In this document: piece after piece, positions 19,115-28,612 of the stretch
How positions within the stretch are numbered: position 1 is the stretch's first letter
Layout: each line of letters begins with the position of its first letter
Assembly: GCA_963707915.1 (NCBI GenBank)
Contig: OY970178.1
Span: forward strand, 2,464,001-2,528,000
Source: Candidatus Eiseniibacteriota bacterium
GTDB lineage: Bacteria > Eisenbacteria > RBG-16-71-46
Direction of reading: 5' to 3'
Length of the DNA stretch: 64,000 nt
Position numbers and translations under genes: made by a program
Notes under the pieces: generated by a model
Told to the model about the DNA's origin: nothing
What the model saw: the letters and a program-made list of their open reading frames with translations, nothing else
Databases searched by the model: none

Positions 19115-20086
19115 ATGCGAAACAGAATCCTGCTGGCAGCGTCCCTGCTCGCGGCCGTCGGCCTGTTCGCCGGCTGCGGGAAGAACACCGTGAACTCCCC
19201 CGTCGCGAAGACCGACGCGCCCTCGCTCGACCAGGCCGAGGTCGCGGCCGTGGTCGCGATGGCGCCCGAGGTGGTCGAGGACGGGCAGTTCGAGAGCACC
19301 GACGTCACCACCATGGACTCGGGCACGGGCACCCCGGGGGCGCTCGCCGCGATCAGCCCGCTGCGCTTCTGGCGCGTCATCACCGACTCGGAGCGCCGCT
19401 GCGAGTTCGCCTTCGCCGACCCCGACTCGAACGGGCGGCCCACGACCGCCGTGGTCACGGTCTACAAGGCGCTCGCCGGGCGCTTCAACATTCTGACCGG
19501 CGTGCCGGGCGGCGACAGCACGGCCTTCGACTCGTCGCTCAGCGTCGTCCGCAAGCCGCTGGCCGACCGCTGGGTGCGCCGCATCCTGCTCCAGCGCGTC
19601 CCCGCCGCCGACTCCGCCGGCCGCGTGTGGCGCGTGGTGGCGACCTCCGGGGCGAGGGTCACCTCGCGCGACGCGACGACCCGGATCGCGAGCCTGCGCG
19701 TCCAGGCCGCGGGGACGGACACCACGATCGCCGAACCGCTGGGCTTCTTCCACCTGCGCCGCATCCTGAAGCTCGAGCCCGGCACCCCGGTCACGCTCAC
19801 CGTGACCACGCTGAAGAACGACGACGTCGTCGTGCTGTGCCGCTTCGGGCACCGGTTCCGTTTCCGCAACAACGGCGACAACACCTACACCGCGACCTGG
19901 CTGGTGCCGGACCTGCGCGCGGGGAACGGGCCGCAGCCGGGCCCGGGCCGCCCGCCCATCTTCCACTTCGGCGTGAACGCGCTCTCGCACGGGACGCTGT
20001 TCGACGACCAGGCGCCGTACGATTCGCAGGCCTGGCTGCTGCCCGTGATCCTCGCGCCCGACCAGGTCCCGGACGCGCTGCCCTAG
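19115..20086 (+). CDS. hypothetical lipoprotein
   Basis: ATG 19115 after GGAGG; lipobox FAGC; beta-rich body. Confidence 0.82.
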   Translation: MRNRILLAASLLAAVGLFAGCGKNTVNSPVAKTDAPSLDQAEVAAVVAMAPEVVEDGQFESTDVTTMDSGTGTPGALAAISPLRFWRVITDSERRCEFAFADPDSNGRPTTAVVTVYKALAGRFNILTGVPGGDSTAFDSSLSVVRKPLADRWVRRILLQRVPAADSAGRVWRVVATSGARVTSRDATTRIASLRVQAAGTDTTIAEPLGFFHLRRILKLEPGTPVTLTVTTLKNDDVVVLCRFGHRFRFRNNGDNTYTATWLVPDLRAGNGPQPGPGRPPIFHFGVNALSHGTLFDDQAPYDSQAWLLPVILAPDQVPDALP

Positions 20087-20113
20087 GCTTCGCACGGGAC
20101 GACCATCAACGAA

Positions 20114-20143
20114 CCGGTCCGGCCCCCTCGGGGACCGGACCGG
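20114..20143. terminator. hairpin between convergent genes
   Basis: CCGGTCCGG...CCGGACCGG inverted repeat with inner CCCC/GGGG. Confidence 0.45.
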
Positions 20144-20185
20144 CGCACGATCGCGGGGGATCCGGCACGCGGCCGCACCGCCCCC

Positions 20186-20731
20186 CTAGTTCTCCTCCTC
20201 CTGCTCGTCGTCCACGCCGTCGTCCACCTCTTCCGGCTCCAGCTCGTCGCTCACGCGCCCCTGGCGGAAGATCTCGGCCCACTCCTCGATCTCCTTCTTG
20301 GAGAGCGCGACCGGCTGCGCGGGATTCTTCGGCGACACCGGTCCCATCACGCTCGCCAGGAACAGGTCCGAGAGCGAGACGTCGGCGCCCATGGCGCGCG
20401 CATGGCGCGCGACCTCGAGGTCGGAGGTCACCACGGTGATCCGGTCGATCCGCCTCATCTGCTCCTCGACCAGTCCGCGGATCACGTCGTCGGCCGACTT
20501 CGGCGGGCGCGAGTAACGGACCTCGACGCGGCCCTGGCGCTCCTCCGAACTGATGCCCTCGGCGCCGTCGAAGACCACGAGGAACTTCGCGTCGCCCGAG
20601 CCCACCGCCCACGAGAGCAGGTTCACGAGCTTCTCGCGGGCCTGGCGCAGCGTGCGATCCGGCCCGGGCCGCAGGGCCGCCGAGCGGTGGATGAGGTTGT
20701 AGCCGTCCACGATGATGAGGCGGTCACCCAT
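20186..20731 (-). CDS. NYN/YacP-like PIN-domain ribonuclease
   Basis: IIVDGYNLI, VVFDG, SADDVI, VVTSD. Confidence 0.88.
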   Translation of the reverse strand: MGDRLIIVDGYNLIHRSAALRPGPDRTLRQAREKLVNLLSWAVGSGDAKFLVVFDGAEGISSEERQGRVEVRYSRPPKSADDVIRGLVEEQMRRIDRITVVTSDLEVARHARAMGADVSLSDLFLASVMGPVSPKNPAQPVALSKKEIEEWAEIFRQGRVSDELEPEEVDDGVDDEQEEEN

Positions 20732-20789
20732 GGTGAGCTCCGGGAAGATGGCGGTCGGGGGATCGGGCCCGGAGTATAGCGCAGAGCGG

Positions 20790-21434
20790 CTACGCCGCGG
20801 TCTGGCCGTCGGCGAACGGGTGCCGCGCCACGAGTTGAGCCACCACGCCGCGTGCCTCCAGCGGGTCGAGCGCGACGCCGAAGCGCACCGGCCGGCTCGC
20901 GTAGGTGAAGCAGATGCCCGGCCCGCCGATCCCGATGGCCCGCAGCACCGTCTTCGCCTGCTCCGCCGGCACGGCCTGGGTCCCGCCGTTCACCGGTGCG
21001 CCATGGGCCACCGGCGCCGCCGTGAGTGGCGGGATCGGCTGCGCGCGGAGGTTGCGGATCCGGTCGAGCTCGTAGGCCCGCGTCGGCCCCAGCCCGAACG
21101 CCTCGCGCTGGATGGTGAGCGCGTCCGGACGCAATCGCACGCGCTCGTGGCCGACCAGCATCCACAGGCAGACGGAGAGCGCCGCGGTGCCACCAAAGGT
21201 CCAGAACGCGAGCCAGACGGCGAGGAACGCCTTCGCCGGGGCGGGCGCGGGCGAGAGGAGCTGCCGCAGCGCGAACGCCTCGCCGGTCGCCCAGCCTGCC
21301 AGCCACAACCCCAGGAAGACGATCATCGGCCAGACGCGCGGGGCCGGGATGACGAACTCCAGCCCCTCGGCGCTGTCGTTCACGACCGCGCGCGGCGCGG
21401 GGGTTCCGCCGTAGTCCGCGAGTCCCACACCCAT
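20790..21434 (-). CDS. hypothetical membrane protein
   Basis: Two TM helices with FLGLWLAGWATGE and WLAFWTFGG; start directly after the upstream stop. Confidence 0.75.
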   Translation of the reverse strand: MGVGLADYGGTPAPRAVVNDSAEGLEFVIPAPRVWPMIVFLGLWLAGWATGEAFALRQLLSPAPAPAKAFLAVWLAFWTFGGTAALSVCLWMLVGHERVRLRPDALTIQREAFGLGPTRAYELDRIRNLRAQPIPPLTAAPVAHGAPVNGGTQAVPAEQAKTVLRAIGIGGPGICFTYASRPVRFGVALDPLEARGVVAQLVARHPFADGQTAA

Positions 21435-21436
21435 CG

Positions 21437-22672
21437 CTACTCCCCGCCCGACGCCGTGTGGCGGATGGTCCCGTTGTCCCCCACGGCCCAGCCGCGCCGC
21501 GCGTCGAGGAAGAACACGGCCCGCAGGCGGAACGGGCTGTTCGAGACCTGCGGAGTCCAGGAGGCGCCGGCGTCGGAGGTGCGCAGCACGGCGCCCGTGG
21601 TGTTCACGCCCACCGCGAATCCGGTCAGCGTGTCCACCAGGCACACGCCTTCGAGCTGGTAGAGGCTCCCCGCGTTGCCGAGCTCCCACGCGACGGAATC
21701 CGGCGTGGCCGAGGTGCGCAGCACCACGCCCATCTCGCCGACCGCCACGGCCCGCTCCGCGTCGAGACGCCACAGACCCTTGAGCGGCTGCGAGGTGAGA
21801 TAGGGCGCCGTGAACCACGTGACACCGCGATCGTGCGTGCCCAGGACGATGCCGTTGTCGCCGACCGCCCAGCCGTCCTTCGTGCCGGAGAAGCCGACGC
21901 TGTTGATCGTCATGCCGCCGCGCAGGGTCCGCCGCCAGTTCAGCCCGCGGTCGACGGTCGACAGGATCAGGCCGCCCGCACCCACGACCCAGCCGGTGTC
22001 GCGGCTGGCGAAGGTGACGGACGTCAGGTTCTCGCTGCTGGCCACGCTGGTGACCTGCGTCCAGGTCGCGCCGGAGTCCAGCGTGTGAAGCACGGTGCCG
22101 GCGTGTCCCACGGCCCAGCCCTCCAGGGCGCTGGTGAACCAGACTCCGCGCAACGTGACGGTGGTCGGCACGCGACGCGTCCAGGTGGCGCCGGCGTCGG
22201 TGGTCGAGAGCACGACTCCGCCGCTGCCGACGGCCCAGCCGAGCCGTCCGGCGCCGTCGAAGTAGACACCGTAGAGGTCCTCGGCGGCATTGCTCGTCTG
22301 CAGCAGCCAGCCCGGCGCCGTGGGATAGACCAGCACCGTGGCGGTGTCGGCCTTGCCGCCGCCCGAGACGACGAGCAGCGCACTGCCCTCCCCGACCGCG
22401 GTCACACCGCCGGTCGAGGTGACGGTGAACACGCCCCGGTTGTTCGAGGCCCAGTCGAGCGGGCCGGTGTAGGGGACGCCGTCGGTGCCCACGGCCACGG
22501 CCGTGAACTGGCTGGCCTGGCCCACGTTGAGCGTGTCGGCGTGGACGGAAAGGACCAGGGACCGGAGCGGCGGGACGACGGGGGTCGTGACCGGTTTCGT
22601 CGCCTTCCCGCAGCCTGCCAGCAGGACCAGCAGGCCGAGGAACAGCGTCAGACGCTTGAGGGTCGGTTTCAT
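21437..22672 (-). CDS. lipoprotein with Ig-like (Big_2) domain and YCF48/BNR beta-propeller
   Basis: Lipobox LAGC; WASNN...TVTSTGGVTAVGEG; repeated GWAVG..G...T.D.G.TW motifs. Confidence 0.88.
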   Translation of the reverse strand: MKPTLKRLTLFLGLLVLLAGCGKATKPVTTPVVPPLRSLVLSVHADTLNVGQASQFTAVAVGTDGVPYTGPLDWASNNRGVFTVTSTGGVTAVGEGSALLVVSGGGKADTATVLVYPTAPGWLLQTSNAAEDLYGVYFDGAGRLGWAVGSGGVVLSTTDAGATWTRRVPTTVTLRGVWFTSALEGWAVGHAGTVLHTLDSGATWTQVTSVASSENLTSVTFASRDTGWVVGAGGLILSTVDRGLNWRRTLRGGMTINSVGFSGTKDGWAVGDNGIVLGTHDRGVTWFTAPYLTSQPLKGLWRLDAERAVAVGEMGVVLRTSATPDSVAWELGNAGSLYQLEGVCLVDTLTGFAVGVNTTGAVLRTSDAGASWTPQVSNSPFRLRAVFFLDARRGWAVGDNGTIRHTASGGE

Positions 22673-22738
22673 GGCTCGCTTGGGGTTCGGGTGACGCGGG
22701 GCGAGCGGACGTGCCGCCGCCGGGACCAACCGATGGGG

Positions 22739-22755
22739 TGCAATTCCAGGGCCGG
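22739..22755 (-). promoter_or_regulatory. putative sigma54 promoter
   Basis: Minus strand CCGGCCCTGGAATTGCA, GG-N10-GC with TTGCA, about 65 nt upstream of the start. Confidence 0.55.
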
Positions 22756-22996
22756 ATGTCCCCGTTGCAGGCACGCAGGTTAGCACGGTCCGACGATGCA
22801 GGATGCGGGAGGGCGGTCCAGTTTCTGCGCGGTCCGGCTCCGACTTGTCCGGCGCCCGGCCGCCGGCGGGCGGCCGACCGGGCCCCGGCGCGCGGCCCCG
22901 GGCGCCGGTCTTGAGCCGCGGGCGGGGTTCTTCTAGTCTGGCCATCCACGCTGCACCGCGCCCCACCGGGACCGCGGCCCACCCTGGAGACCCTCG

Positions 22997-23947
22997 ATGC
23001 TCGAAGTCCGCGACATCGTCAAGACCTTCGATGGCCGTGCGGCCGTCAACCGCGTGTCGTTCGAGGTCCGGCCCGGCGAGATCTTCGCCCTGCTGGGGCC
23101 CAACGGCGCCGGCAAGACCACGCTCATCCGCATGATCACCGACATCCTCAAGCCCGACTCGGGCGAGATCGTCCTCGACGGCAGCCGCGTCGGCGGCGAC
23201 TCGCGGCGGCAGATCGCCTACCTGCCCGAGGAGCGCGGACTGTACCGGCGCGTCTCGCCGATCGACGTGCTGGTCTACTACGGGCAGCTCAAGGGCCTCT
23301 CCCCGCACGCGGCGCACGCGGCCGGGCTCGCGCTGCTCGCTCGGATGGAACTCGCCGACTGGGCCACGAAGCAGGTCCAGGCCCTGTCGAAGGGCATGCA
23401 GCAGAAGGTGCAGTTCTGCACCGCGCTGATCGGGGACCCCCGGCTGCTGATCCTCGACGAGCCCTTCACCGGCCTCGACCCGCTCAACACGCAGCTCTTC
23501 GAGGAGATCCTCGCCGAGCGCCGGGCGGCGGGCAGCACGGTGCTGCTCTCGACCCACCAGATGAACAAGGTCGAGGAGCTGTGCGACCGCGCGCTGATGA
23601 TCAACCGCGGGCACATGGTGCTCTACGGCTCGGTGCGCGACTTCCGCCGCCAGTACGCGGACCACGCCGTGATGGTGCGCTGCGACCGGCGACCGGACGC
23701 GGTGGCCGGGGTCCACGCCGTCACCCCGGTGAACGGCGAGTGGAAGCTGATGCTCGAGCCTTCCGCCAGCCCGCAGTCGGTGCTGCAGGCACTGGTGGCG
23801 TCCGGACTGGGGATCGAGTCGTTCGCGATCGCGAACCTGCCGCTCGAGGACGTCTTCGTGAAGGTCGTGCGCGAGGGTCTCGGCCTCGACCACGGACAGA
23901 GCGGGCCGCTGCTGCCGGACGAGCCCGCGAAGGGGGCCGCACGATGA
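22997..23947 (+). CDS. ABC-2 type transporter ATP-binding protein (NatA/YhaQ-like)
   Basis: GPNGAGKTT, LSKGMQQKVQ, LILDEPFTGLD, STH. Confidence 0.93.
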   Translation: MLEVRDIVKTFDGRAAVNRVSFEVRPGEIFALLGPNGAGKTTLIRMITDILKPDSGEIVLDGSRVGGDSRRQIAYLPEERGLYRRVSPIDVLVYYGQLKGLSPHAAHAAGLALLARMELADWATKQVQALSKGMQQKVQFCTALIGDPRLLILDEPFTGLDPLNTQLFEEILAERRAAGSTVLLSTHQMNKVEELCDRALMINRGHMVLYGSVRDFRRQYADHAVMVRCDRRPDAVAGVHAVTPVNGEWKLMLEPSASPQSVLQALVASGLGIESFAIANLPLEDVFVKVVREGLGLDHGQSGPLLPDEPAKGAAR

Positions 23948-25233
23948 ACTTCTCCTGGAGACGCGCGTGGATCGTGGCACGGCGCGAGTTCCTCACCACC
24001 GTGAAGCGCAAGGCCTTCCTCTTCACCCTGATCGCGGTTCCGCTCTACTTCGGCGGCGTCATGACGCTGGCGAGCCGCGGCTCGATGTCGGTGCGCCGCG
24101 ACTCGATGCGGGCCTTCACGCGGCTGGGCGTGGTGGACTCCTCGGGGCTGCTCGCCGGCGCGGCGCGCGAGATCACGACCCGCATGGCGCCGGACCCGGA
24201 GTCCGCTCCCGGGACGCTGGAGACCTACCGCACCGCGGTCGTGTTCTACCCGGACCAGGCGGGCCTCGAGCAGGCCCTGCGCTCCGGCGCGATCGCCCAG
24301 GGCCTGACGGTCTCGGCGGACTACCTCGCCAGCGGCGTGACCCGGCGCTACGCCCGCTCGACCGGCACCTTCGGCTCGACCTCCTCGGTGCGCCCGATCG
24401 AGCGCTGGCTCGCGCGGAGCCTGCTCGCCGGCCACGCCGACTCCCTGCGCATCGAGCGCGCCACGCGGCCCGCGGGCGGCATGGACCTCTACACGCTCGG
24501 CAAGGACGACCGCTTCAAGGTCCGCGACGAACGCCGCGAGATGCTGGAGTTCATGGTGCCGTTCATGGTCTCGATCCTGCTGGGCGTGTGCATCATGACC
24601 GGCGGCCAGTACCTGCTGCAGGGCGTCAGCGAGGAGAAGGAGTCCCGCATCCTCGAGTCGCTGCTCTGCACGCTCTCGCCCGAGGACCTGCTGGCCGGGA
24701 AGTTGGTCGGCCTGGGCGGGGTCGGCTTCGCGCTGGTGGCCGTCTGGATGGGGGTGGGATTCGTGGTGAGCGCGCCGATGCTGGCGACGGCGCAGTTCCC
24801 GCTGTCGCCGGGACTGCTGGCGCTCGCGGTGGCGTACTTCATCCTCGGCTACGTGTTCTTCGCCAGCATCATGACGGGCATCGGGGCGGTCACCAACAAC
24901 ATGCGCGAGGCCCAGCAGTTCTCGATGATGTTCTCGTTCGCGAACCTGGTGCCCATCATCGTGCTGACCCAGATCCTCTCGAAGCCGGACGGCGCGCTCG
25001 CCGTGACGCTCTCGATGCTCCCGTTCACCGCCGCCACCGCCATGATGCTGCGGCTCGGCACGCCCTCGTCCGCCGTGCCGGCCTGGCAGATCGCCCTCTC
25101 GCTCGCGCTGCTCGGGCTCTCGGGCTGGCTGGTGCTGCGTGGCGCGGCCCGGGTGTTCCGCATCGGGCTGCTGATGACCGGCAAGACGCCGAACCTCCCG
25201 GAGATCCTGCGCTGGGCGCGCGCCGGCAAGTGA
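23944..25233 (+). CDS. ABC-2 type transporter permease (NatB/YhaP-like)
   Basis: VARREFLTTVK, EEKESRILESLL; multiple TM helices; ATGA overlap with the ATPase. Confidence 0.9.
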   Translation: MNFSWRRAWIVARREFLTTVKRKAFLFTLIAVPLYFGGVMTLASRGSMSVRRDSMRAFTRLGVVDSSGLLAGAAREITTRMAPDPESAPGTLETYRTAVVFYPDQAGLEQALRSGAIAQGLTVSADYLASGVTRRYARSTGTFGSTSSVRPIERWLARSLLAGHADSLRIERATRPAGGMDLYTLGKDDRFKVRDERREMLEFMVPFMVSILLGVCIMTGGQYLLQGVSEEKESRILESLLCTLSPEDLLAGKLVGLGGVGFALVAVWMGVGFVVSAPMLATAQFPLSPGLLALAVAYFILGYVFFASIMTGIGAVTNNMREAQQFSMMFSFANLVPIIVLTQILSKPDGALAVTLSMLPFTAATAMMLRLGTPSSAVPAWQIALSLALLGLSGWLVLRGAARVFRIGLLMTGKTPNLPEILRWARAGK

Positions 25234-26714
25234 CCGCAGCGCCCCCGGCGGCCCCGGCCCTGCCCCGCTGGCGGGTGTTCCCCGCGCTGGCGCTGGGCAC
25301 GGTCATGGCGGTGCTCGACATCAGCGTGGTCAACATCGCGCTGCCCACGCTGTCGCGCACGTTCGGCGTGCCGCTCACGTCGATCGAGTGGGTGGTGCTC
25401 GCCTACGTGCTCACGATCAGCGGACTGCTGCTCACCATGGGCCGGCTCGCGGACTTCGTGGGCCGCCGCCGCGTCTACGGCGCCGGGCTGACGCTGTTCA
25501 TGCTGGCCTCGGCGCTGTGCGCGGCCGCGCCTTCGGCCAACCTGCTGGTGGCCGCGCGGGCGCTGCAGGGCCTCGGCGCCGCCATGATGTCCGCCAACAG
25601 CACCGCGCTGCTCATCGCCGCCTTCGGGCCCGAGGAACGCGGGCGCGCGCTCGGCGCCTTCGGCGCGATGGTGGGCGTGGGGCTGGCGCTCGGCCCGCCG
25701 CTCGGCGGCATCCTGGTCGGGCACTTCTCGTGGCGCTGGATCTTCCTCATCAACCTGCCGGTCGGGCTCTTCGCCCAATGGCAGCTCTGGACGATGGTGC
25801 CGGGCGATCCCCCGGGCCGCCGCGAGAGCCTGAGCCTCGCGGCCGCCGCGCTCTGGTGCGGCGCGCTGGTGGCGGTGACGCTCGCGCTCTCGCGGGGCCC
25901 CGCGCACGGCTGGGGCGACACGGGCGTGTGGCCGCTCTTCGTGCTGGCCGTCGTGCTGCTGGCGCTGTTCGCCCGGGACGAGGCGCGCGCGCGGCACCCG
26001 CTGCTGCCGCTCGACCTGCTGCGCGGGCCGCTCGGGATCGCGACCACGCTGACGCTGGTCGTGAACGGGCTCTCGATCAGCGTCGGCTTCCACCTGCCGC
26101 TGTACCTCGAGGAGGTGCTGCGCTTCGACGCTGCCCGGAGCGGGCGCTGGCTCGCGGTGCTGCCGCTGCTCGCGCTCGTCCTGGCGCCGCTCGCCGGGCG
26201 CTGGTCCGATCGCATCGGGACGCGGGCGCTGTCGGTCGCCGGCATGCTGCTCGCCGCCGCGGGCTTCGCGGTGATGTCGCAGGTCGGCACGACCCCGCAT
26301 CCCGGCCACATCCTCGGCGGGATGGCGTTGATCGGCGCCGGCATCGGCATCTTCACGGTGCCCAACTCGAGCGCCGCGATGGGCAGCGTGCCGCCCGAGC
26401 GGCTGGGCCTGGCTTCGGGGCTGCAGGCGACCATGCGCAACCTCGGCATCGCCTCGGGCGCGGCGGCGATGGCCGCGATCGTGGCTTCGCGCTTCGCCGC
26501 GCACGGCGGCGGGACGCTGGCGGCGGCCGCGCACGGTGGGGCAACGCACCCACTGGCCTTCGCGCTGGCCACCCGCGACGCCTACCTGGTCATGGCGGCC
26601 GTCGCGGTGGCCGCGGCGGCGCTGTCCCTGCGGCAGGCGGGCGGGGCGCGGCAGGGCCCGGGGGCACGGCTCCAGCGCCACGATTTGTCCTTGGCGCCAC
26701 GGGCGGATCGCTGA
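25230..26714 (+). CDS. MFS drug:H+ antiporter (DHA2/EmrB-like)
   Basis: LDISVVNIALP, GRLADFVGRRR, RALQGLG, WRWIFLINLPVG; GTGA overlap with the permease. Confidence 0.92.
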   Translation: MTAAPPAAPALPRWRVFPALALGTVMAVLDISVVNIALPTLSRTFGVPLTSIEWVVLAYVLTISGLLLTMGRLADFVGRRRVYGAGLTLFMLASALCAAAPSANLLVAARALQGLGAAMMSANSTALLIAAFGPEERGRALGAFGAMVGVGLALGPPLGGILVGHFSWRWIFLINLPVGLFAQWQLWTMVPGDPPGRRESLSLAAAALWCGALVAVTLALSRGPAHGWGDTGVWPLFVLAVVLLALFARDEARARHPLLPLDLLRGPLGIATTLTLVVNGLSISVGFHLPLYLEEVLRFDAARSGRWLAVLPLLALVLAPLAGRWSDRIGTRALSVAGMLLAAAGFAVMSQVGTTPHPGHILGGMALIGAGIGIFTVPNSSAAMGSVPPERLGLASGLQATMRNLGIASGAAAMAAIVASRFAAHGGGTLAAAAHGGATHPLAFALATRDAYLVMAAVAVAAAALSLRQAGGARQGPGARLQRHDLSLAPRADR

Positions 26715-26723
26715 GACAATCAT

Positions 26724-26991
26724 GGGAGTGCTCTGAGGATCCGGGTCTCCACCGGCCCGCCACCCGCGTTTGGCAGACGCGGGAGGCCGGACCTGGGTCC
26801 GGTCCTTCGGGGCGAGTTCGGAGGCCACCCCGGGCAGTAAAGACGGGTCCGCACGACCCCTGCCCCGCGGCGGCGCGGAAGCAGCGATGCGCGGCGATCA
26901 AGCGTCGCCACCCTGCGTCCCTCCTGAACGGCACGGGCGGCTGCCCGCCCGCGAGCAGACGGGATCGCCCGGGTGTCTCCCGGGCGATTTT
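26724..26991 (+). ncRNA. candidate large structured ncRNA of unknown family
   Basis: Intergenic between convergent genes; nested stems with G-U pairs; TTGGCG-N18-GACAAT upstream; terminator at the 3' end (see findings). Confidence 0.55.
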
Positions 26992-26992
26992 C
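26964..26992 (+). terminator. intrinsic terminator
   Basis: ATCGCCCGGG-tgtct-CCCGGGCGAT followed by TTT. Confidence 0.7.
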
Positions 26993-27014
26993 GTCGCGGG
27001 GCGGGTCGCTCCCG

Positions 27015-27632
27015 TCAGGGTCGGCGCGTGGAGCGCTCGAGGAGCCCCGCGAGCAGCGCGAGCGCGACACCGGGCGCGGGCGGACGCCCGGTGCGGACCG
27101 TGCAGGGTCCCGCGACGGCATTGAGCAGGACCAGCGGCAGGCGATCGCCGGCGCGGAGCGGCGCGGGCACGGACGGCAGCGCCGAGCGCACCGCGGCCTC
27201 GGCCACCGAGGCCACGCGCGGACGGTCGTCCGGCGCGCAGACGAAGCGCGCCCCGTCCCAGCCGAGCACGGCGGCCACGCAACTCTCGTAGATCTCGTCC
27301 CCGTCCGACGAGGTGAGCAGCGTGGCCACCCCCGGCCGGCGCATGCCGTCGTACGGGCTCGGCGGGGCCGGCTTGGGGAACCCGCCGCGGCCCGCGGCGA
27401 ACGGCGAGACCGCGAAACGCACCGGCAGGCCGTCGGCGAGCCGCGAGCCGGCGCGCCGCTCGGCCCGCAGCTCACCGCCCGTCACGGTGACGGCGTAGAT
27501 GCCGGGCCGGGCCTCGCGCGCGAAGCGGGCGAACGCGGCCCGTCCCGCCGCGCCTTCCGGCGCGAGCCGGTCGACGTGGAAGTCGTGGAGCACCACGCCT
27601 GCGCCGGTCACCCGCAGGGTGGTGTACGTCAT
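27015..27632 (-). CDS. short aminotransferase class IV / aminodeoxychorismate lyase (PabC)-like protein
   Basis: YTTLRV...HVDRL fold-type IV N-terminal motif, candidate PLP Lys in FPKP, EIYES, LLNAV; coupled to pabB. Confidence 0.65.
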   Translation of the reverse strand: MTYTTLRVTGAGVVLHDFHVDRLAPEGAAGRAAFARFAREARPGIYAVTVTGGELRAERRAGSRLADGLPVRFAVSPFAAGRGGFPKPAPPSPYDGMRRPGVATLLTSSDGDEIYESCVAAVLGWDGARFVCAPDDRPRVASVAEAAVRSALPSVPAPLRAGDRLPLVLLNAVAGPCTVRTGRPPAPGVALALLAGLLERSTRRP

Positions 27633-28612
27633 CGCAGCGCCCCCAGCTTCACGTGCAGCTCCTCGCGCTCCCGGCCCGGGTTCGAGTCGTGGACGATGCC
27701 GCCGCCGACCCCGTAGACCCAGCCCGCGGCGTCGCGGACGGCGGTGCGGATCAGCAGGCTGGCGGTCGTCCGCCCGTCCGCCGTGAAGCCGAGCGCGCCG
27801 CAGTACGCGCCGCGCGGCGACGGCTCGAGCCGCCCGATCATCGCCCGGGCCGCCCGCTTCGGCGCGCCGGTGACGGAGCCGCCCGGGTGCAGCGCGTCGA
27901 GCGCGTCGAGCGCGGTCACGCCGGGCAGCAGCTCGCCCCCGACGTCGCTCACCGTCTGCGTCGCGTAGGGCAGGTGGACGAAGCGGCGCTCGTCGCTCAC
28001 CACGACGCTGCGCGGCCGGCACAGGGGCGTGAGATCGTGGCGCACCAGGTCGGTGATCATCGCCAGCTCGGCCCGGTCCTTGTCGCTGGCGGCCAGCGTC
28101 CCGGCGCCCTCCGGGCGCGCCGTGCCCTTCATCGGCTCCGAGCGGATCCGCCCGCCACCGGTCTCGAAGAGCAGCTCCGGCGAGGCCGAGACGAACTCCG
28201 CGCCGCCGGGCAGCCGCACCCACGCCGCGAAGCGCGGCAGGCCGCGGGCCGCCATCCGCGCCAGCAGCGCCGCACCCGGCACCGGCGCCAGCCGCGCACG
28301 GACCGTGAGGCACACCTGGTAGACGTCGCCCGCGGCGATGGCCTCGCGGATCTCCTCCACGGCCGCGGCGTGCCCGGTGGCGTCGAGCCGCGGCTCGAGC
28401 GTGGCGGGCGGCGGCAGCTCGAGCTCGTCCACCGAACGAAGGTCTCCGTCGAGGAGCACGGCGTCGCGGCCGCGGCCCTCGTAGGGCGCGAAGAAGAGCC
28501 GCGGCGCGCGCGGCGCGGCGCGCAGGCCGGTGAGCAGCACGGCTTCGCCCGCGCCGAAGCCCGGTCCCAGGAACGCGAACGCCGGCAGCGCATCGAGGTC
28601 CGCGAGCCTCAC
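27629..28612 (-). CDS. pabB: aminodeoxychorismate synthase component I (chorismate-binding)
   Basis: IAAGDVYQVCL, SASPELLF, PMKGT (Lys as in PabB PIKGT, not TrpE PIAGT), MITDLVRHDL, GSVTGAPK. Confidence 0.82.
   Translation of the reverse strand: MRLADLDALPAFAFLGPGFGAGEAVLLTGLRAAPRAPRLFFAPYEGRGRDAVLLDGDLRSVDELELPPPATLEPRLDATGHAAAVEEIREAIAAGDVYQVCLTVRARLAPVPGAALLARMAARGLPRFAAWVRLPGGAEFVSASPELLFETGGGRIRSEPMKGTARPEGAGTLAASDKDRAELAMITDLVRHDLTPLCRPRSVVVSDERRFVHLPYATQTVSDVGGELLPGVTALDALDALHPGGSVTGAPKRAARAMIGRLEPSPRGAYCGALGFTADGRTTASLLIRTAVRDAAGWVYGVGGGIVHDSNPGREREELHVKLGALR

Noticed and set aside
21437..22320. Repeated CCCAGCC/GTCCAGGT-like DNA motifs
   Set aside because: Explained by protein-level BNR/YCF48 propeller repeats, not a DNA repeat array.
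26877..26886. GGAAGCAGC resembling SRP RNA domain IV
   Set aside because: The partner CAGG and GGAA tetraloop hairpin are absent.
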